From Methanomassiliicoccaceae archaeon (GTDB lineage: Archaea; Thermoplasmatota; Thermoplasmata; Methanomassiliicoccales; Methanomassiliicoccaceae), in NCBI GenBank assembly GCA_963728405.1, contig CAVSJV010000013.1:64001-128000 (forward strand): a stretch of DNA of 64,000 nucleotides. The letters are read 5' to 3'. Below are positions 22,241 to 32,590 of this stretch, one piece after another (positions within the stretch are counted from its first letter, which is position 1; each line of letters opens with the position of its first letter). The notes below the pieces were generated by a model. That model saw only the letters and a program-made list of their open reading frames with translations, was not told the DNA's origin and did not search any database. Position numbers and translations under genes: made by a program.

Positions 22241-23226
22241 TGGTCTCAAGGATCCAGGACGAGGTCACCGCCCTCCAAGATATCGGGGCCAATGGCCATT
22301 TCTACCGATACCTCGACAGGGTCCGGCCGGAGGTGAACGCCCGAATTAAGGCACACCTCACGACCTATTCCCGATCAGGCATGGCTCGAGAGGAGGTCCT
22401 TAGGCTCTTTTCTCAAGGAAAAAGGCTGAGGGCCGGGCTGGCGATCCTTACATACGATCTTTTCGCCGATCGTTACGATCGCCGCGACGCGGTCCTTGAC
22501 ATGGCTGCGGCCATTGAGATCGCCCACTCGGCCAGCCTGATCCTCGACGATATGTTGGACGGGGATGAGGAACGACGAGGCCAGCGCAGCCTTCACCTCA
22601 CCAACGGGAGGAAGAAAGCGCTCCTCGAGATGGTGGGCAGTTTATCCATCCCCTATGCCATCGCCGCCCGGCACGGACCAGTCTTCGTCGCGGAGCTTGC
22701 CCAGACCCACCGGGCCATGGTTGATGGGGCTTTGATGGAGATCCAGGAAGCGGAGCAGTCCTCATCCTATGGGGTCTATGAGCGCATCATCACCGAGAAG
22801 ACGGCAGAACTGTTCTCCCTGGCCGCCCGCCATGGAGCAACGATGGCGGGCGAAGAAGAAGACCTCATCGACACGATCGCCCAGTTCGGCCTCGAGGTGG
22901 GCAGGGTGATGCAGCTGGCCGATGATATCGCAGACCTGAGACGGCCGGAAGAAGACATTTCCGAGAACGGTTCGGAAAAAATCCTTTACCGATATGTGCA
23001 TGGACTGACCCAGGAGCGGCTCGGAACGGACCGACCTGAACGTGATACCGCCGATCAGGAGATGGACCGGTACCTGGCCATGGTGGAGGATAGGGTCCAC
23101 TCCGCCCGCGCTCTGGTTCAACCGTACCTTAAAAGACCATCATTGACCCTAGAGAGAGGGGCGCTAGTACGCTGTCTTCTCGATGCCCCATGGGAGATCG
23201 CGGACATGATGTTACGGGGCCTTTGA
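22237..23226 (+). CDS. trans-Polyprenyl diphosphate synthase
   Basis: GKRLR, FARM DDMLDGDEERRG, KTAELF, SARM QLADDIAD. Confidence 0.88.
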   Translation: MMVSRIQDEVTALQDIGANGHFYRYLDRVRPEVNARIKAHLTTYSRSGMAREEVLRLFSQGKRLRAGLAILTYDLFADRYDRRDAVLDMAAAIEIAHSASLILDDMLDGDEERRGQRSLHLTNGRKKALLEMVGSLSIPYAIAARHGPVFVAELAQTHRAMVDGALMEIQEAEQSSSYGVYERIITEKTAELFSLAARHGATMAGEEEDLIDTIAQFGLEVGRVMQLADDIADLRRPEEDISENGSEKILYRYVHGLTQERLGTDRPERDTADQEMDRYLAMVEDRVHSARALVQPYLKRPSLTLERGALVRCLLDAPWEIADMMLRGL

Positions 23227-23298
23227 CCCCCTGCTCCCGACACTTTCGGGCAGCTCTTGAAAAGACCTAAATAGGCCTGTGCTGGTGCGAAACAGGAC

Positions 23299-24595
23299 AT
23301 GTTCGAACAGGCCCCAGGCTCCTTCGACACCAATGTGCGCTCGTTGTCATCAGCGGGAGCGCTCCAGGTACCGGCGGGGTCACCCTGCGTCATTTGCAAA
23401 GGGTCACGGAACCTGTGTGGGAAGGACCGCTGCCCACTGATGATAAAGTTCTACTCTCATTCCCGTACCAAGACTCTCATCGACTCGCTGGACCTGGCGG
23501 GGATGTCTCCCCCAGGCATCTTTGTCGGCCGGTATGGTTATCCGAAGGTCGACGTCGGACCCCTGGTCCCTCCGATGATGGGCGACACATCGATAATGGA
23601 CACGCCTGAGCGGTGGGTGGGTAAGTCGATCGACGAGATCGTGGATTTCCGATTCAACCTGGTCCGAGGAAAGCATCGCATCGATGCTACCGACTTCGAT
23701 AAGTTCGGCCGCATCGTTGATTACACCAGAGACCTGGCCTTATCCACCAATCCCCTGGAGGTGGAGGCAAAATTCCAGAAGAAGCCGTCTGGCCGCCTGG
23801 TCCTGGACGATGAGGTCCAGCCCTTTGGTCCGTCTGCTCGTCTGAAGGATATGACCATCGGGAATCCCCGTTATGATCAAAGGGTCGAGAAGGCGTTCTA
23901 CGACACTGACCTAAAAGCGACCGAAGCCGTGAAAGGGCTTTACCGGAACGGTGTGCTGATATCAAAGATCCAGAAGGCTTTCTCTGTCGGAGCGTTCGGC
24001 ATAAACAAGAACCGTCGTTTCGTGCCCACCCGATGGTCCATCACCGCGGTCGACGATATCCTGGGCAAGGACCTGCTGAAGGTGACCAAGCGGAACCCGC
24101 TCATCGAGGACTGGCGCGTCTACAGCTGGGAGATGCTGGACAACCGTTGGAACATCCTCCTAATGCCCACCACCTGGAAGTACGAGCTGATCGAGGCGTG
24201 GTACCCCAATACGACCTGGAATCCCATGGGGCAGGGCATTGAGATCATCAGCTCGCATGAGTTCTACGAGGGGCGTAAGGAGTACGCGGAGATCGGGGGA
24301 TGCTATTACGCGGCCAGGCTGGCGGTGAATGAACTGCTGACCGCCGAGCGACGCCAGGCCGGGGCGGTCATCTTCCGGGAGGCGCACCCTGGTTACGTCA
24401 TGCCGGTGGGAGTTTGGAACTGTCCGTGAGAACGTCAGAGCGGCATTGAAGACCGTTCCCCGGCGTTTCGAATGCCTGAACCAGGCATTGCAGCACGTCA
24501 CCTCCCACATGGATATCCCGCTGGAGACGTGGATCAGGAACTCTGGGGTACTGATGGATATGTTCACCCAGCGGAGGTTGGATGACTATGTCTGA
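23299..24595 (+). CDS. nreA: Nre-family DNA repair protein (frameshift near 24420)
   Basis: CVICKG..LCG..RCP, SPPGIFVGRYGYPKV, VPTRWSITAVD, GGCYYAARL, C-terminal PIP box QRRLDDY. Confidence 0.9.
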
Positions 24596-25424
24596 TCTGG
24601 ATGCCTTCCTGACCGATGAAGGATGTAAGATCAAGGTCATCAGGAAGGAATGTTCCAGTGCGCTATCCTCTTCCAATCTGCCAGGTCTCGACCTTGCCCT
24701 TAATCCCTACACCCGGTGCGGACACGGCTGCGTCTATTGTTACGCCCCCTATGTCATGAGGACGACCCCGGACGAGTGGTCAAAGAATATCATGGCCAAG
24801 GTGAACATCCCTCAGCTGCTGGCCAAGGAGCTTCTGCGGAAGAAGGGCGTGATCGGCCTGGGTACGGTCACCGATCCTTACCAACCGGTAGAGAAAGAGC
24901 TTAGGATCACTCGCAAATGCCTGGAAGTGATGACAAAGGTCAACTGCCAGGTCTCCATCCTCACCAAGTCCGATCTGGTCACCAGGGACATCGACCTGCT
25001 GAAACATATCAAAAAAGTGGAGGTTGGCCTTAGCATCAACACGATTTCGGATGATGCCGCCTCCATCTTCGAACCTTGCGCACCGCCTCCGTCCGTGAGG
25101 CTGGCGGCCGTGCAGGAACTGACCTCGGCCGGCATCAACGCGTATGTATTCCTAGGACCGATCATACCGACGATAACCGACCAAGATCTGCGAGGATTAA
25201 TTGAGGCGATCCGCGCTTCCGGAGTAGGCCGCATCATGGTGGACCGGCTCAACCTTCGACCAGGAATGCGCTCAAGAATGGAGGAGACCATGTTTCGGAA
25301 GGCTCCAGATATGCTGCCCGACTTCCAGGAGAATGTGGCCTCGAGCGAGTATTATGACAAGATAATAAGCTCGATAAGTAGAGTCTGTACCGACTCAGAT
25401 ATAATGTGCCAGAACGCTTTCTGA
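24588..25424 (+). CDS. Spore photoproduct lyase-like radical SAM protein
   Basis: [28 protein letters not shown]. Confidence 0.85.
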   Translation: MSDLDAFLTDEGCKIKVIRKECSSALSSSNLPGLDLALNPYTRCGHGCVYCYAPYVMRTTPDEWSKNIMAKVNIPQLLAKELLRKKGVIGLGTVTDPYQPVEKELRITRKCLEVMTKVNCQVSILTKSDLVTRDIDLLKHIKKVEVGLSINTISDDAASIFEPCAPPPSVRLAAVQELTSAGINAYVFLGPIIPTITDQDLRGLIEAIRASGVGRIMVDRLNLRPGMRSRMEETMFRKAPDMLPDFQENVASSEYYDKIISSISRVCTDSDIMCQNAF

Positions 25425-25575
25425 GCTATGGGGGGAGTAGGGTCGCGGCGAAGGGCAGATACCTTCGCCCTCGAAGCGTGCCACTGTCGCCCATTCGCCT
25501 CTCGCTAGGGAGGGGAAAACAGATACTCTTATATAGAAGCGATAAAATATCGGACCCAACGAAAGGAGGATAACT

Positions 25576-27237
25576 ATGGCATATTCCCTAGGACAAAGCC
25601 AGCCTATCATCGTGCTGAGAGAAGGCACAGAGCGCACCAAGAACAAGGACGCGCAGGCGAACAACATTGCAGCTGCCCGTGCCATCGCTGACGCGGTCCG
25701 CTCCACTTTGGGACCGAAGGGCATGGACAAGATGCTCGTCGATTCCATCGGCGATGTAGTGATCACCAATGACGGTGTCACCATACTGAAGACCATCGAT
25801 GTCCAGCACCCCGCGGCCAAGATGGTCGTCGAGGTCGCTAAGACCCAGGACTCCGAGTGCGGCGACGGCACCACCACCTCTGTGGTCGTGGCTGGCGAAC
25901 TGCTCAAGAAGGCCGAGGACCTCATCGACAAGAACGTTCACCCCACCATCATCGCCAACGGGTACAAGCTCGCGGCGGCCGAGGCTATCAAGATCCTCAA
26001 CGTCATCGCCGTGGATGTCAAGGGCGATGAGATCCTGAGAAAGGTCGCCATGACCGCCATGACCGGTAAGTCCGTCGGCGGCCAGAGGGACTACCTTGCT
26101 GATCTCTCTGTAAAGGCGATCAAGTCTGTTTCCGAGAAGCAGAACGGCAAGAACAAAGTGGATGTGGAGAACATTAAGGTAGAGAAGAAGACGGGCGGCT
26201 CTGTGGCTGATACCGAGCTCATCAACGGCCTGGTCGTTGACAAGGAGAAGGTCCACCCCCGCATGCCCAAGGCCGTCAAGAACGCCAAGATCGCCATCTT
26301 ATCTGCCGCCCTCGAGATCAAGAAGACTGAGGTAGAGGCAAAGATCCAGATCCGTGACCCGGCCTCCATGCAGCGCTTCCTTGACGAAGAAGAGAACCAG
26401 CTGAAGGGCATGGTCGACAAGATCAAGGCTGCCGGAGCGAACGTCGTGTTCTGCCAGAAGGGCATGGATGACCTGGTCCAGCATTATCTGGCCAAGGCCG
26501 GCATCTACGCCTGCAGGAGGCTCAAGGAGTCGGACATGGAGAAGTTGGCCAAGGCCACCGGCGGCAATGTCGTCGGCAACCTGGATTCCATAAACAAGTC
26601 TGACCTTGGGATCGCTGAGATGGTCGAGGAGAAGAAGATCGGTGAGGAGGATATGACCTTCGTCACCGGCTGCAAGAACCCCAAGGCCATCAGCATCATC
26701 ATCCGCGGCGGTACCGAGCACGTCATCGACGAGGTCGAGCGTGCGCTGCACGACGCCCTCAGGGTAGTCGGAGTCGCTCTGGAAGACGGCAAGGTCGTCG
26801 CCGGCGGCGGAGCTCCCGAGATCGAGCTCGCTCTCAGGCTGGCCGACTATGCCTCGACCGTAGGTGGACGCGAGCAGCTGGCCATCGAGGCCTTCGCCGA
26901 GGCCATGGAAGTAATCCCCTGGGCCCTCGCCGAGAACGCTGGTCTGGACCCCATCGACCTGGTCATCAAGCTGAAGACCGCCCATGAGGGTAAGAAGAAC
27001 GCCGTATACATGGGCATAAACCTTGAGACTGGTGAGCCGGCCAACATGCTGGACGCCAATGTCATCGAGCCCCTGAGGGTAAAGACCCAGGTCATCGAGT
27101 CCGCGACCGAGGTCGCCGGAATGATCCTGAGGATCGACGATGTCATTGCCTCCAAGAAGGGACCCGGCGCGGGCGGACCGGGCGGAATGCCTGGCGGTAT
27201 GCCTCCCGGAATGGGCGGAATGCCCGGCATGATGTAA
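25576..27237 (+). CDS. ths: Thermosome subunit (group II chaperonin)
   Basis: [27 protein letters not shown]-terminal GGM repeats. Confidence 0.97.
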   Translation: MAYSLGQSQPIIVLREGTERTKNKDAQANNIAAARAIADAVRSTLGPKGMDKMLVDSIGDVVITNDGVTILKTIDVQHPAAKMVVEVAKTQDSECGDGTTTSVVVAGELLKKAEDLIDKNVHPTIIANGYKLAAAEAIKILNVIAVDVKGDEILRKVAMTAMTGKSVGGQRDYLADLSVKAIKSVSEKQNGKNKVDVENIKVEKKTGGSVADTELINGLVVDKEKVHPRMPKAVKNAKIAILSAALEIKKTEVEAKIQIRDPASMQRFLDEEENQLKGMVDKIKAAGANVVFCQKGMDDLVQHYLAKAGIYACRRLKESDMEKLAKATGGNVVGNLDSINKSDLGIAEMVEEKKIGEEDMTFVTGCKNPKAISIIIRGGTEHVIDEVERALHDALRVVGVALEDGKVVAGGGAPEIELALRLADYASTVGGREQLAIEAFAEAMEVIPWALAENAGLDPIDLVIKLKTAHEGKKNAVYMGINLETGEPANMLDANVIEPLRVKTQVIESATEVAGMILRIDDVIASKKGPGAGGPGGMPGGMPPGMGGMPGMM

Positions 27238-27387
27238 TTCGGGGTCAAGGTATCCTCCTTTCCCAAACCACTTCCTTTTCACATTTTTCTCATACCTCGT
27301 TAACATGGTGCCAGCTTCGGTGAAAAACGACGGTACTTACAAATAGCGAACATCATGTTCTCCGCAATAATTTGCATTAGGAGGGAT

Positions 27388-28755
27388 ATGATGAGCAAGA
27401 TTACATCTGCAGCCGCGGTGATGATCATGGGCATGTTCATGGTCGGCATCTTTGCCGCTCCGGTGAATGCGTTGATCGCCACTGCCCCTACGTGGGAGGT
27501 AGACGATCCTTGGGCCATGGGAAAAGAGGTCGACCTGGGGGCCGATCTGACCGACTATATCGACAATAACAGCGACCTGAACGACCTGTTAATGTATTCT
27601 AATATGACCATTGACGATCTCAACATCGACAGCATGGCCAGCGCCTATGTCATTTTCACTGTGGTCAGCGAGACGGACACCACTTACACCCTGACGGCCA
27701 AGATGGCGGTCAAGCTCGCTACTCAGGCCAATATGAAGATCACCGGCATGCTGCCGGCGGCAGGAACCTATGATGCGGACCAGAACCTATGGTTTGGATC
27801 AGATGTTCCCAAGGAGACCAAGATCATCAGTGCAGAACTCACCGAGAAGCTCGGCATTGTGATCGGAGCCACGGCCATAGTCGACAAATCGAGCTACGCG
27901 GTTAATAAGATAGATTGGACCCTGAAGTGCGCGATGGTGCTGGAAGCCAAAGCCAAGAACATACCTCAGATAAACTCCACCGAGAACCAACAGATCGTCA
28001 GCTATAAGGATTATGATCTTGGAATGAGCCTGGTGGCCGGGGCCAACCTGTCCATGTTGTTCACCCCTGCTCTGGACCTCTATCAGTTCCCGTTCTCTAC
28101 TAATGATGCCTGGTACACCAACAACAGCATGGTGACCGTCACTGGAGATATCAGCGGGTCCTTCAACGCTCACGGGTTGACCGCCGAGCAGGAGGAGCAG
28201 ATATTCACCGGTGATCTGAAGAACGCCACGGGTTCGACGAAGTTCCCGATCGAGTTTGATCACCTCACCTCGCCGGACGGCGAGATCACCGATGGCAACT
28301 TCGGCCCCTATTATGGCAATATCACTACCATGGAAATGGAATGCCTTAGTGGGGACAACGAGACCATCAATGGAGTGGATTTAGATGTATTCAACATCCA
28401 GATAGATGGTGGAGCTCAGATGTTATACGCATCCGGTTTCAAGGTTCTTGGCCTGTCGGCAAACATCGATAGTCTACCCATGGACCTACCCTCTGAGGTC
28501 AGCTCCATAATGGCGATGATGGGCAACCAGGACATAGCAATGGACCCCGTCCCCGTGGATACCGCCACCGCCAAAATCGCTTCGATCGAGACCTACACCG
28601 ATAGCGTCGCGTCTCAGGCCGGAGCTAATGGAGCTAGCAGCAGCCTAGCTGACTTCTTCCTGAAGGCCCCCTTTACGGGCATCATTATGGCGGTCCTTGC
28701 AGCGGTCATCATAACGGCCCTGTTGGCGATAGGGCTGAAGTCACGGAAGCACTGA
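27388..28755 (+). CDS. Secreted acidic protein with C-terminal TM anchor, unknown function
   Basis: Signal peptide, D/T/S-rich body, TM helix plus KSRKH tail. Confidence 0.75.
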   Translation: MMSKITSAAAVMIMGMFMVGIFAAPVNALIATAPTWEVDDPWAMGKEVDLGADLTDYIDNNSDLNDLLMYSNMTIDDLNIDSMASAYVIFTVVSETDTTYTLTAKMAVKLATQANMKITGMLPAAGTYDADQNLWFGSDVPKETKIISAELTEKLGIVIGATAIVDKSSYAVNKIDWTLKCAMVLEAKAKNIPQINSTENQQIVSYKDYDLGMSLVAGANLSMLFTPALDLYQFPFSTNDAWYTNNSMVTVTGDISGSFNAHGLTAEQEEQIFTGDLKNATGSTKFPIEFDHLTSPDGEITDGNFGPYYGNITTMEMECLSGDNETINGVDLDVFNIQIDGGAQMLYASGFKVLGLSANIDSLPMDLPSEVSSIMAMMGNQDIAMDPVPVDTATAKIASIETYTDSVASQAGANGASSSLADFFLKAPFTGIIMAVLAAVIITALLAIGLKSRKH

Positions 28756-28760
28756 TCTTC

Positions 28761-28780
28761 AAACCTTTTTTCTTTTTTTT
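28761..28780 (+). terminator. Oligo-T terminator
   Basis: AAACCTTTTTTCTTTTTTTT just after the stop codon. Confidence 0.6.
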
Positions 28781-29099
28781 ATAATAATCAACGATCGGAT
28801 TATCTTGAAAAATGATTGATCCTATCACAAGATCTAGCGGATAGTTTTGGAGGAGCCCGAAGGTCATTTTCGAAAATTCTTACAAAAAAGTATCATCATC
28901 TGTGCCATTGAACAGAAATTTCACTTACATTTGCTGGCAACGAATGAGCTCTCGATCCATTATGTAATTTCATTAATGCATATATAATTACAAAGATAAT
29001 TGTAAATTTACATGAGCCAGTAGAAAATGGAGAAAAAATATATTCCTACTTATCGTATAAGTAATAAATAAAAATATGATAAAGAGAGAAGCTTTACTA

Positions 29100-29516
29100 T
29101 TATTGCTTCTCTATTTTTCCTTTCTTCCCTTTTGAAATATCTAAACCATAGTCCGATTGTTTTGCATAACAATCAGTAAGGACTAATTGTGTGCCTATCT
29201 TGACATCGAGCTTTTCGGGGAGCTCGATATCATCATCCCAGAGGGTCAAACGGCACGTACCGGTCTCATCCTCAACATCCAAGTTCCTGACCTTGCCCTG
29301 CCCACCGGTCCGCTTATTGAATGTCTTAGCTTCGTTTATCTTAGTGACCTTCACCACTGCAGAGGCCTCTTCCCGGTCTTTGAGATCGGCGATTTTCTTT
29401 GTTACCATATTAACTCCTCCTTTTTCCAGAACCAAGCGGCGTATGGTGGCGTCATCCACCAGCCCCCCGAACTCTTCACGGAGCCTAGCCATCTTTGATT
29501 CTAGACTTTCATTCAT
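29100..29516 (-). CDS. Single OB-fold ssDNA-binding protein (RPA/SSB-like)
   Basis: KTFNKRTGGQGKVRNLDVEDETGTCRLTLWDD; N-terminal EEFGGLVDD helical segment. Confidence 0.85.
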   Translation of the reverse strand: MNESLESKMARLREEFGGLVDDATIRRLVLEKGGVNMVTKKIADLKDREEASAVVKVTKINEAKTFNKRTGGQGKVRNLDVEDETGTCRLTLWDDDIELPEKLDVKIGTQLVLTDCYAKQSDYGLDISKGKKGKIEKQ

Positions 29517-29734
29517 TCAAGGAACTCATAAACTATGTGCCATTAAACTGTTGGTTATGTAATGCAGGGAAATATAATAGCAAGATACGTAAACAGCTAT
29601 ATATTATAAGTATATTACAATATTGTACCATAATGTACAACCAAGGTAACACTAAATTTTAACTCCTGGTGATGATTCGAGTATGGGATGCACTCGAGGG
29701 AACGTCACCTCGTCCACATTCGTAGTGTGTACAA

Positions 29735-30553
29735 ATGCGCGCCGCCATATATGCACGGGTTTCCACGGATGATCAGGCTAAAGAAGGCTTTAGCATACCG
29801 GCCCAGCTAAAGCGCCTTCAGGCGTATTGCAAGGCCAAAGGCTGGGATATCTGCTCTGAATATGTTGATGAGGGTTTTTCAGGCCGTGATACCAATAGGC
29901 CAGCATATCAAAGGATGATGGGCGAGAGAGAACGTTGGGATGTGATATTGGTGCTAAAGATGGACCGTATCCACCGTAACTCCAAGAACTTCACTCAAAT
30001 GATGGATGACCTGAACAGTTGGAAGAGGCAGTTCAATTCCATGCAGGAGAAATTCGATACCACCTCGGCGATGGGGAGGTTCGTGATGGACATTATCCAA
30101 CGTATTGCTCAGCTGGAATCGGAGCAGATCGGTGAACGGGTAAAGGTAGGCATGACTCAGAAGGCCAAAAGGGGCAGTGGCTACCTTGGCTCACCCGATC
30201 CCTATGGCTACGAGGTCGAGAACGGTCAACTAAAGATCATGGACAAGGAGGCCGGGGTTGTCCCGTCCATCTACCACGCCTATATGATGGGCTTCTCGCT
30301 CGATGAGATCGCAAGGAAGCTCAACGAGAGGGGCATCCCGGCGAAAAAAGGTGGCCCCTGGAGCAAGCAGATGATCAGTAAAGTTCTCCGAAATCCAATT
30401 TACTGTGGATATGTCCAGTGGGATGGTCATCTTATCAAACTGGATTACTTCACTCTGATATCTGCCGGAGGCTACAATCTGATCCAAGATCTTATGCAAG
30501 AACGGCGCCGCAACCGGTCAGGTAATCCTCATCGCCATCTGGAGGCCGTATAG
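29735..30553 (+). CDS. Serine recombinase 1 (resolvase + recombinase domain, 272 aa)
   Basis: YARVST, DEGFSG..RP, KMDRIHRN, AQLESE, PYGY, LRNPIYCG. Confidence 0.92.
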   Translation: MRAAIYARVSTDDQAKEGFSIPAQLKRLQAYCKAKGWDICSEYVDEGFSGRDTNRPAYQRMMGERERWDVILVLKMDRIHRNSKNFTQMMDDLNSWKRQFNSMQEKFDTTSAMGRFVMDIIQRIAQLESEQIGERVKVGMTQKAKRGSGYLGSPDPYGYEVENGQLKIMDKEAGVVPSIYHAYMMGFSLDEIARKLNERGIPAKKGGPWSKQMISKVLRNPIYCGYVQWDGHLIKLDYFTLISAGGYNLIQDLMQERRRNRSGNPHRHLEAV

Positions 30554-30554
30554 G

Positions 30555-31373
30555 ATGGTTAGGGCGGCCGTTTATATCAGGGTCTCTACTGAGGAGCAGG
30601 CGGAGGAGGGTTTCTCCCTGGAAGCGCAGGAAGATCGGTTGCTGGCCTACTGTGAGGCTCAGGGCTGGGATGTGGCTGGAGTTTATGCCGATAAGGGCCA
30701 TACTGGCCGCAAGATCAACACCCGTGACGCTTACAAAAAGATGCTGGATGATAGGGGTCTTTGGGATACGATTCTGGTGATGAAGATGGACCGTATCCAC
30801 CGTAACTCCAAGAACTTCATGATCATGATGGAGGACCTGGAGAAATGGGGCAAGAAGTTCACCTCCATGCAGGAAGAGCTGGACACATCCACATCCATCG
30901 GCCGATTTGTGGTGGACATGATCCAGCGTATCGCTCAGCTAGAATCTGAGCAGATCGGTGAGCGAACGTACATGGGGATGGCCCAGAAAGCTGAGACCGG
31001 CGGGCTCCTGGGATTCAACCCACCATTCGGCTATGAGATCGCCAATAACGATCTGAGTATCATCGAGGGCGAAGCCTCGGTGGTCAAGGAGATATTCGAA
31101 CTGTACAGCTCGGGCGGATCAATGAATGCCATTGCTATTTATCTCAATGGCCGCTCGATTTCCACCCGGAGGGGCGGTCGGTGGACCCTGTATTCGATCA
31201 GACAGATATTGCACAACCCGGCCTACGCAGGCTACCGGCGTTGGGATGGCTTTCTGGTCCCCAGCAACCATGTGTCCATCGTGGACCTGGCCGCCTTCAA
31301 CTATGTTCAGGAGTTATCCGCGAAACGGACAAAAGACCCCCGAAAGAGGACGGTCAAGAAACTGATCCCTTAG
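30555..31373 (+). CDS. Serine recombinase 2 (paralog, 272 aa)
   Basis: YIRVST, KMDRIHRN, AQLESE, PFGY, LHNPAYAG. Confidence 0.92.
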   Translation: MVRAAVYIRVSTEEQAEEGFSLEAQEDRLLAYCEAQGWDVAGVYADKGHTGRKINTRDAYKKMLDDRGLWDTILVMKMDRIHRNSKNFMIMMEDLEKWGKKFTSMQEELDTSTSIGRFVVDMIQRIAQLESEQIGERTYMGMAQKAETGGLLGFNPPFGYEIANNDLSIIEGEASVVKEIFELYSSGGSMNAIAIYLNGRSISTRRGGRWTLYSIRQILHNPAYAGYRRWDGFLVPSNHVSIVDLAAFNYVQELSAKRTKDPRKRTVKKLIP

Positions 31374-31415
31374 CCGACCTAACCTTTTTGTTATGTCCCG
31401 GGAATATAGGGGCAT

Positions 31416-32213
31416 ATGCCGGAACGATGGGCCCTTCAAAACAAGGACGCCGCATTTATGTGGTGCGAACACCGGAACGAGCTAGGGATCCGATGCATCC
31501 TGGATATCCTGGGTGGATATGGTCGCGAGGAGGAGCATGCCAAACTGTCCTACAATGCCTACATTGATCTGGCCAAAGAAATCGCCCGCCGGAAGCTCAA
31601 GGCATCTATATCGGTGAAGCCGTCCACCTTTGGCGGAACTATCAATCGGGACCTGACCAAGCGATTGGTCGAACAGCTGGGCGTTAACGTCCATAAACTG
31701 GGGGTAGGGTTCGAACTGGATATGGAAGGCCAACGAACCGTCGATCTCACGTTGCTTTTAGCGGAGGAATGCGCGCGCTCCGGCCTGCCCGTTACAATCG
31801 CTCTGCAGGCATATCTGAACCGTACTCCGCGGGACATCGAAAGGATGATGGACGCTGGGGTAAAGGTCCGTCTGGTCAAGGGTGCTTACACTGGTGATCT
31901 ATCTGATTACAATATGATTGCTGAGATCTACAAAGATCTGGTCGAGCTGGTCATATCTTACGATGTGCCATTCTGTGTGGCCACTCATGACCCAGACATT
32001 CTTGAATGGGTTAAGAACCGCATTAGGGACAGGGACATACTGGAGTTTGGCTTCCTGAAGGGCCTGGCCGATGTGACAAAGGAACGGTTAGTGGTGGAAG
32101 GATGGAGTGTGGCCGAATATGTCCCCTTCGGATCGAACAGAGAAGGATATGAGGCCAGACGTAAGACATATCTCAATAAACTGGACGAATTGGGCCGTCT
32201 TCCCGCCCCTTGA
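31416..32213 (+). CDS. Monofunctional proline dehydrogenase
   Basis: SVKPS, LDMEG, LQAYLNRT, VRLVKGAY, ATHD, YVPFG. Confidence 0.9.
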   Translation: MPERWALQNKDAAFMWCEHRNELGIRCILDILGGYGREEEHAKLSYNAYIDLAKEIARRKLKASISVKPSTFGGTINRDLTKRLVEQLGVNVHKLGVGFELDMEGQRTVDLTLLLAEECARSGLPVTIALQAYLNRTPRDIERMMDAGVKVRLVKGAYTGDLSDYNMIAEIYKDLVELVISYDVPFCVATHDPDILEWVKNRIRDRDILEFGFLKGLADVTKERLVVEGWSVAEYVPFGSNREGYEARRKTYLNKLDELGRLPAP

Positions 32214-32452
32214 TATGATTTCATGAGGAAGCCTTATCTAGATATTCATTACAATTTATTCATAAAGCGGTTATGCGGCCCCTTACGTTAAAAAAGGAAA
32301 GAAGGAATTATGCGTAAGGATGGAATATCTGATTCTAGCTATATATACATTATAAATAGATTCTATATAATAAATTCCAATAAGTTCTCAAACTGGTATT
32401 AACGGACTATATGGATAATAAACGCTTTATTATACTAACTCAATATAGGATT

Positions 32453-32590
32453 AGGAATTCCTTGGCAAACAAGGGATCCGCAATTAGGAGGAAACTCGTG
32501 AAGCTCGTGCGTGATGGGCAGGTGGTCATTTGATTCCATTTGTGCAGGAGCGCATTAAAGGGCTTCACTCCAAGGTAAAAAATTAGGAGG
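32453..32590 (+). promoter_or_regulatory. Candidate structured 5' leader RNA of the acetate-uptake-family gene
   Basis: TTTATTAT box at 32426 followed by nested stems and alternative pairings (see findings). Confidence 0.5.

Noticed and set aside
27170-27237. GGCGGAATGCC repeats
   Set aside because: Ordinary GGM tail of the thermosome.
26299-27306. Long antisense ORFs (here and at 36108-37253)
   Set aside because: Shadow frames of well-supported GC-rich genes on the other strand.
32464-32490. c-di-GMP-I riboswitch (GGCAAAC..CGCAA)
   Set aside because: The intervening P2 stem with its GNRA loop and the P3 receptor are absent.
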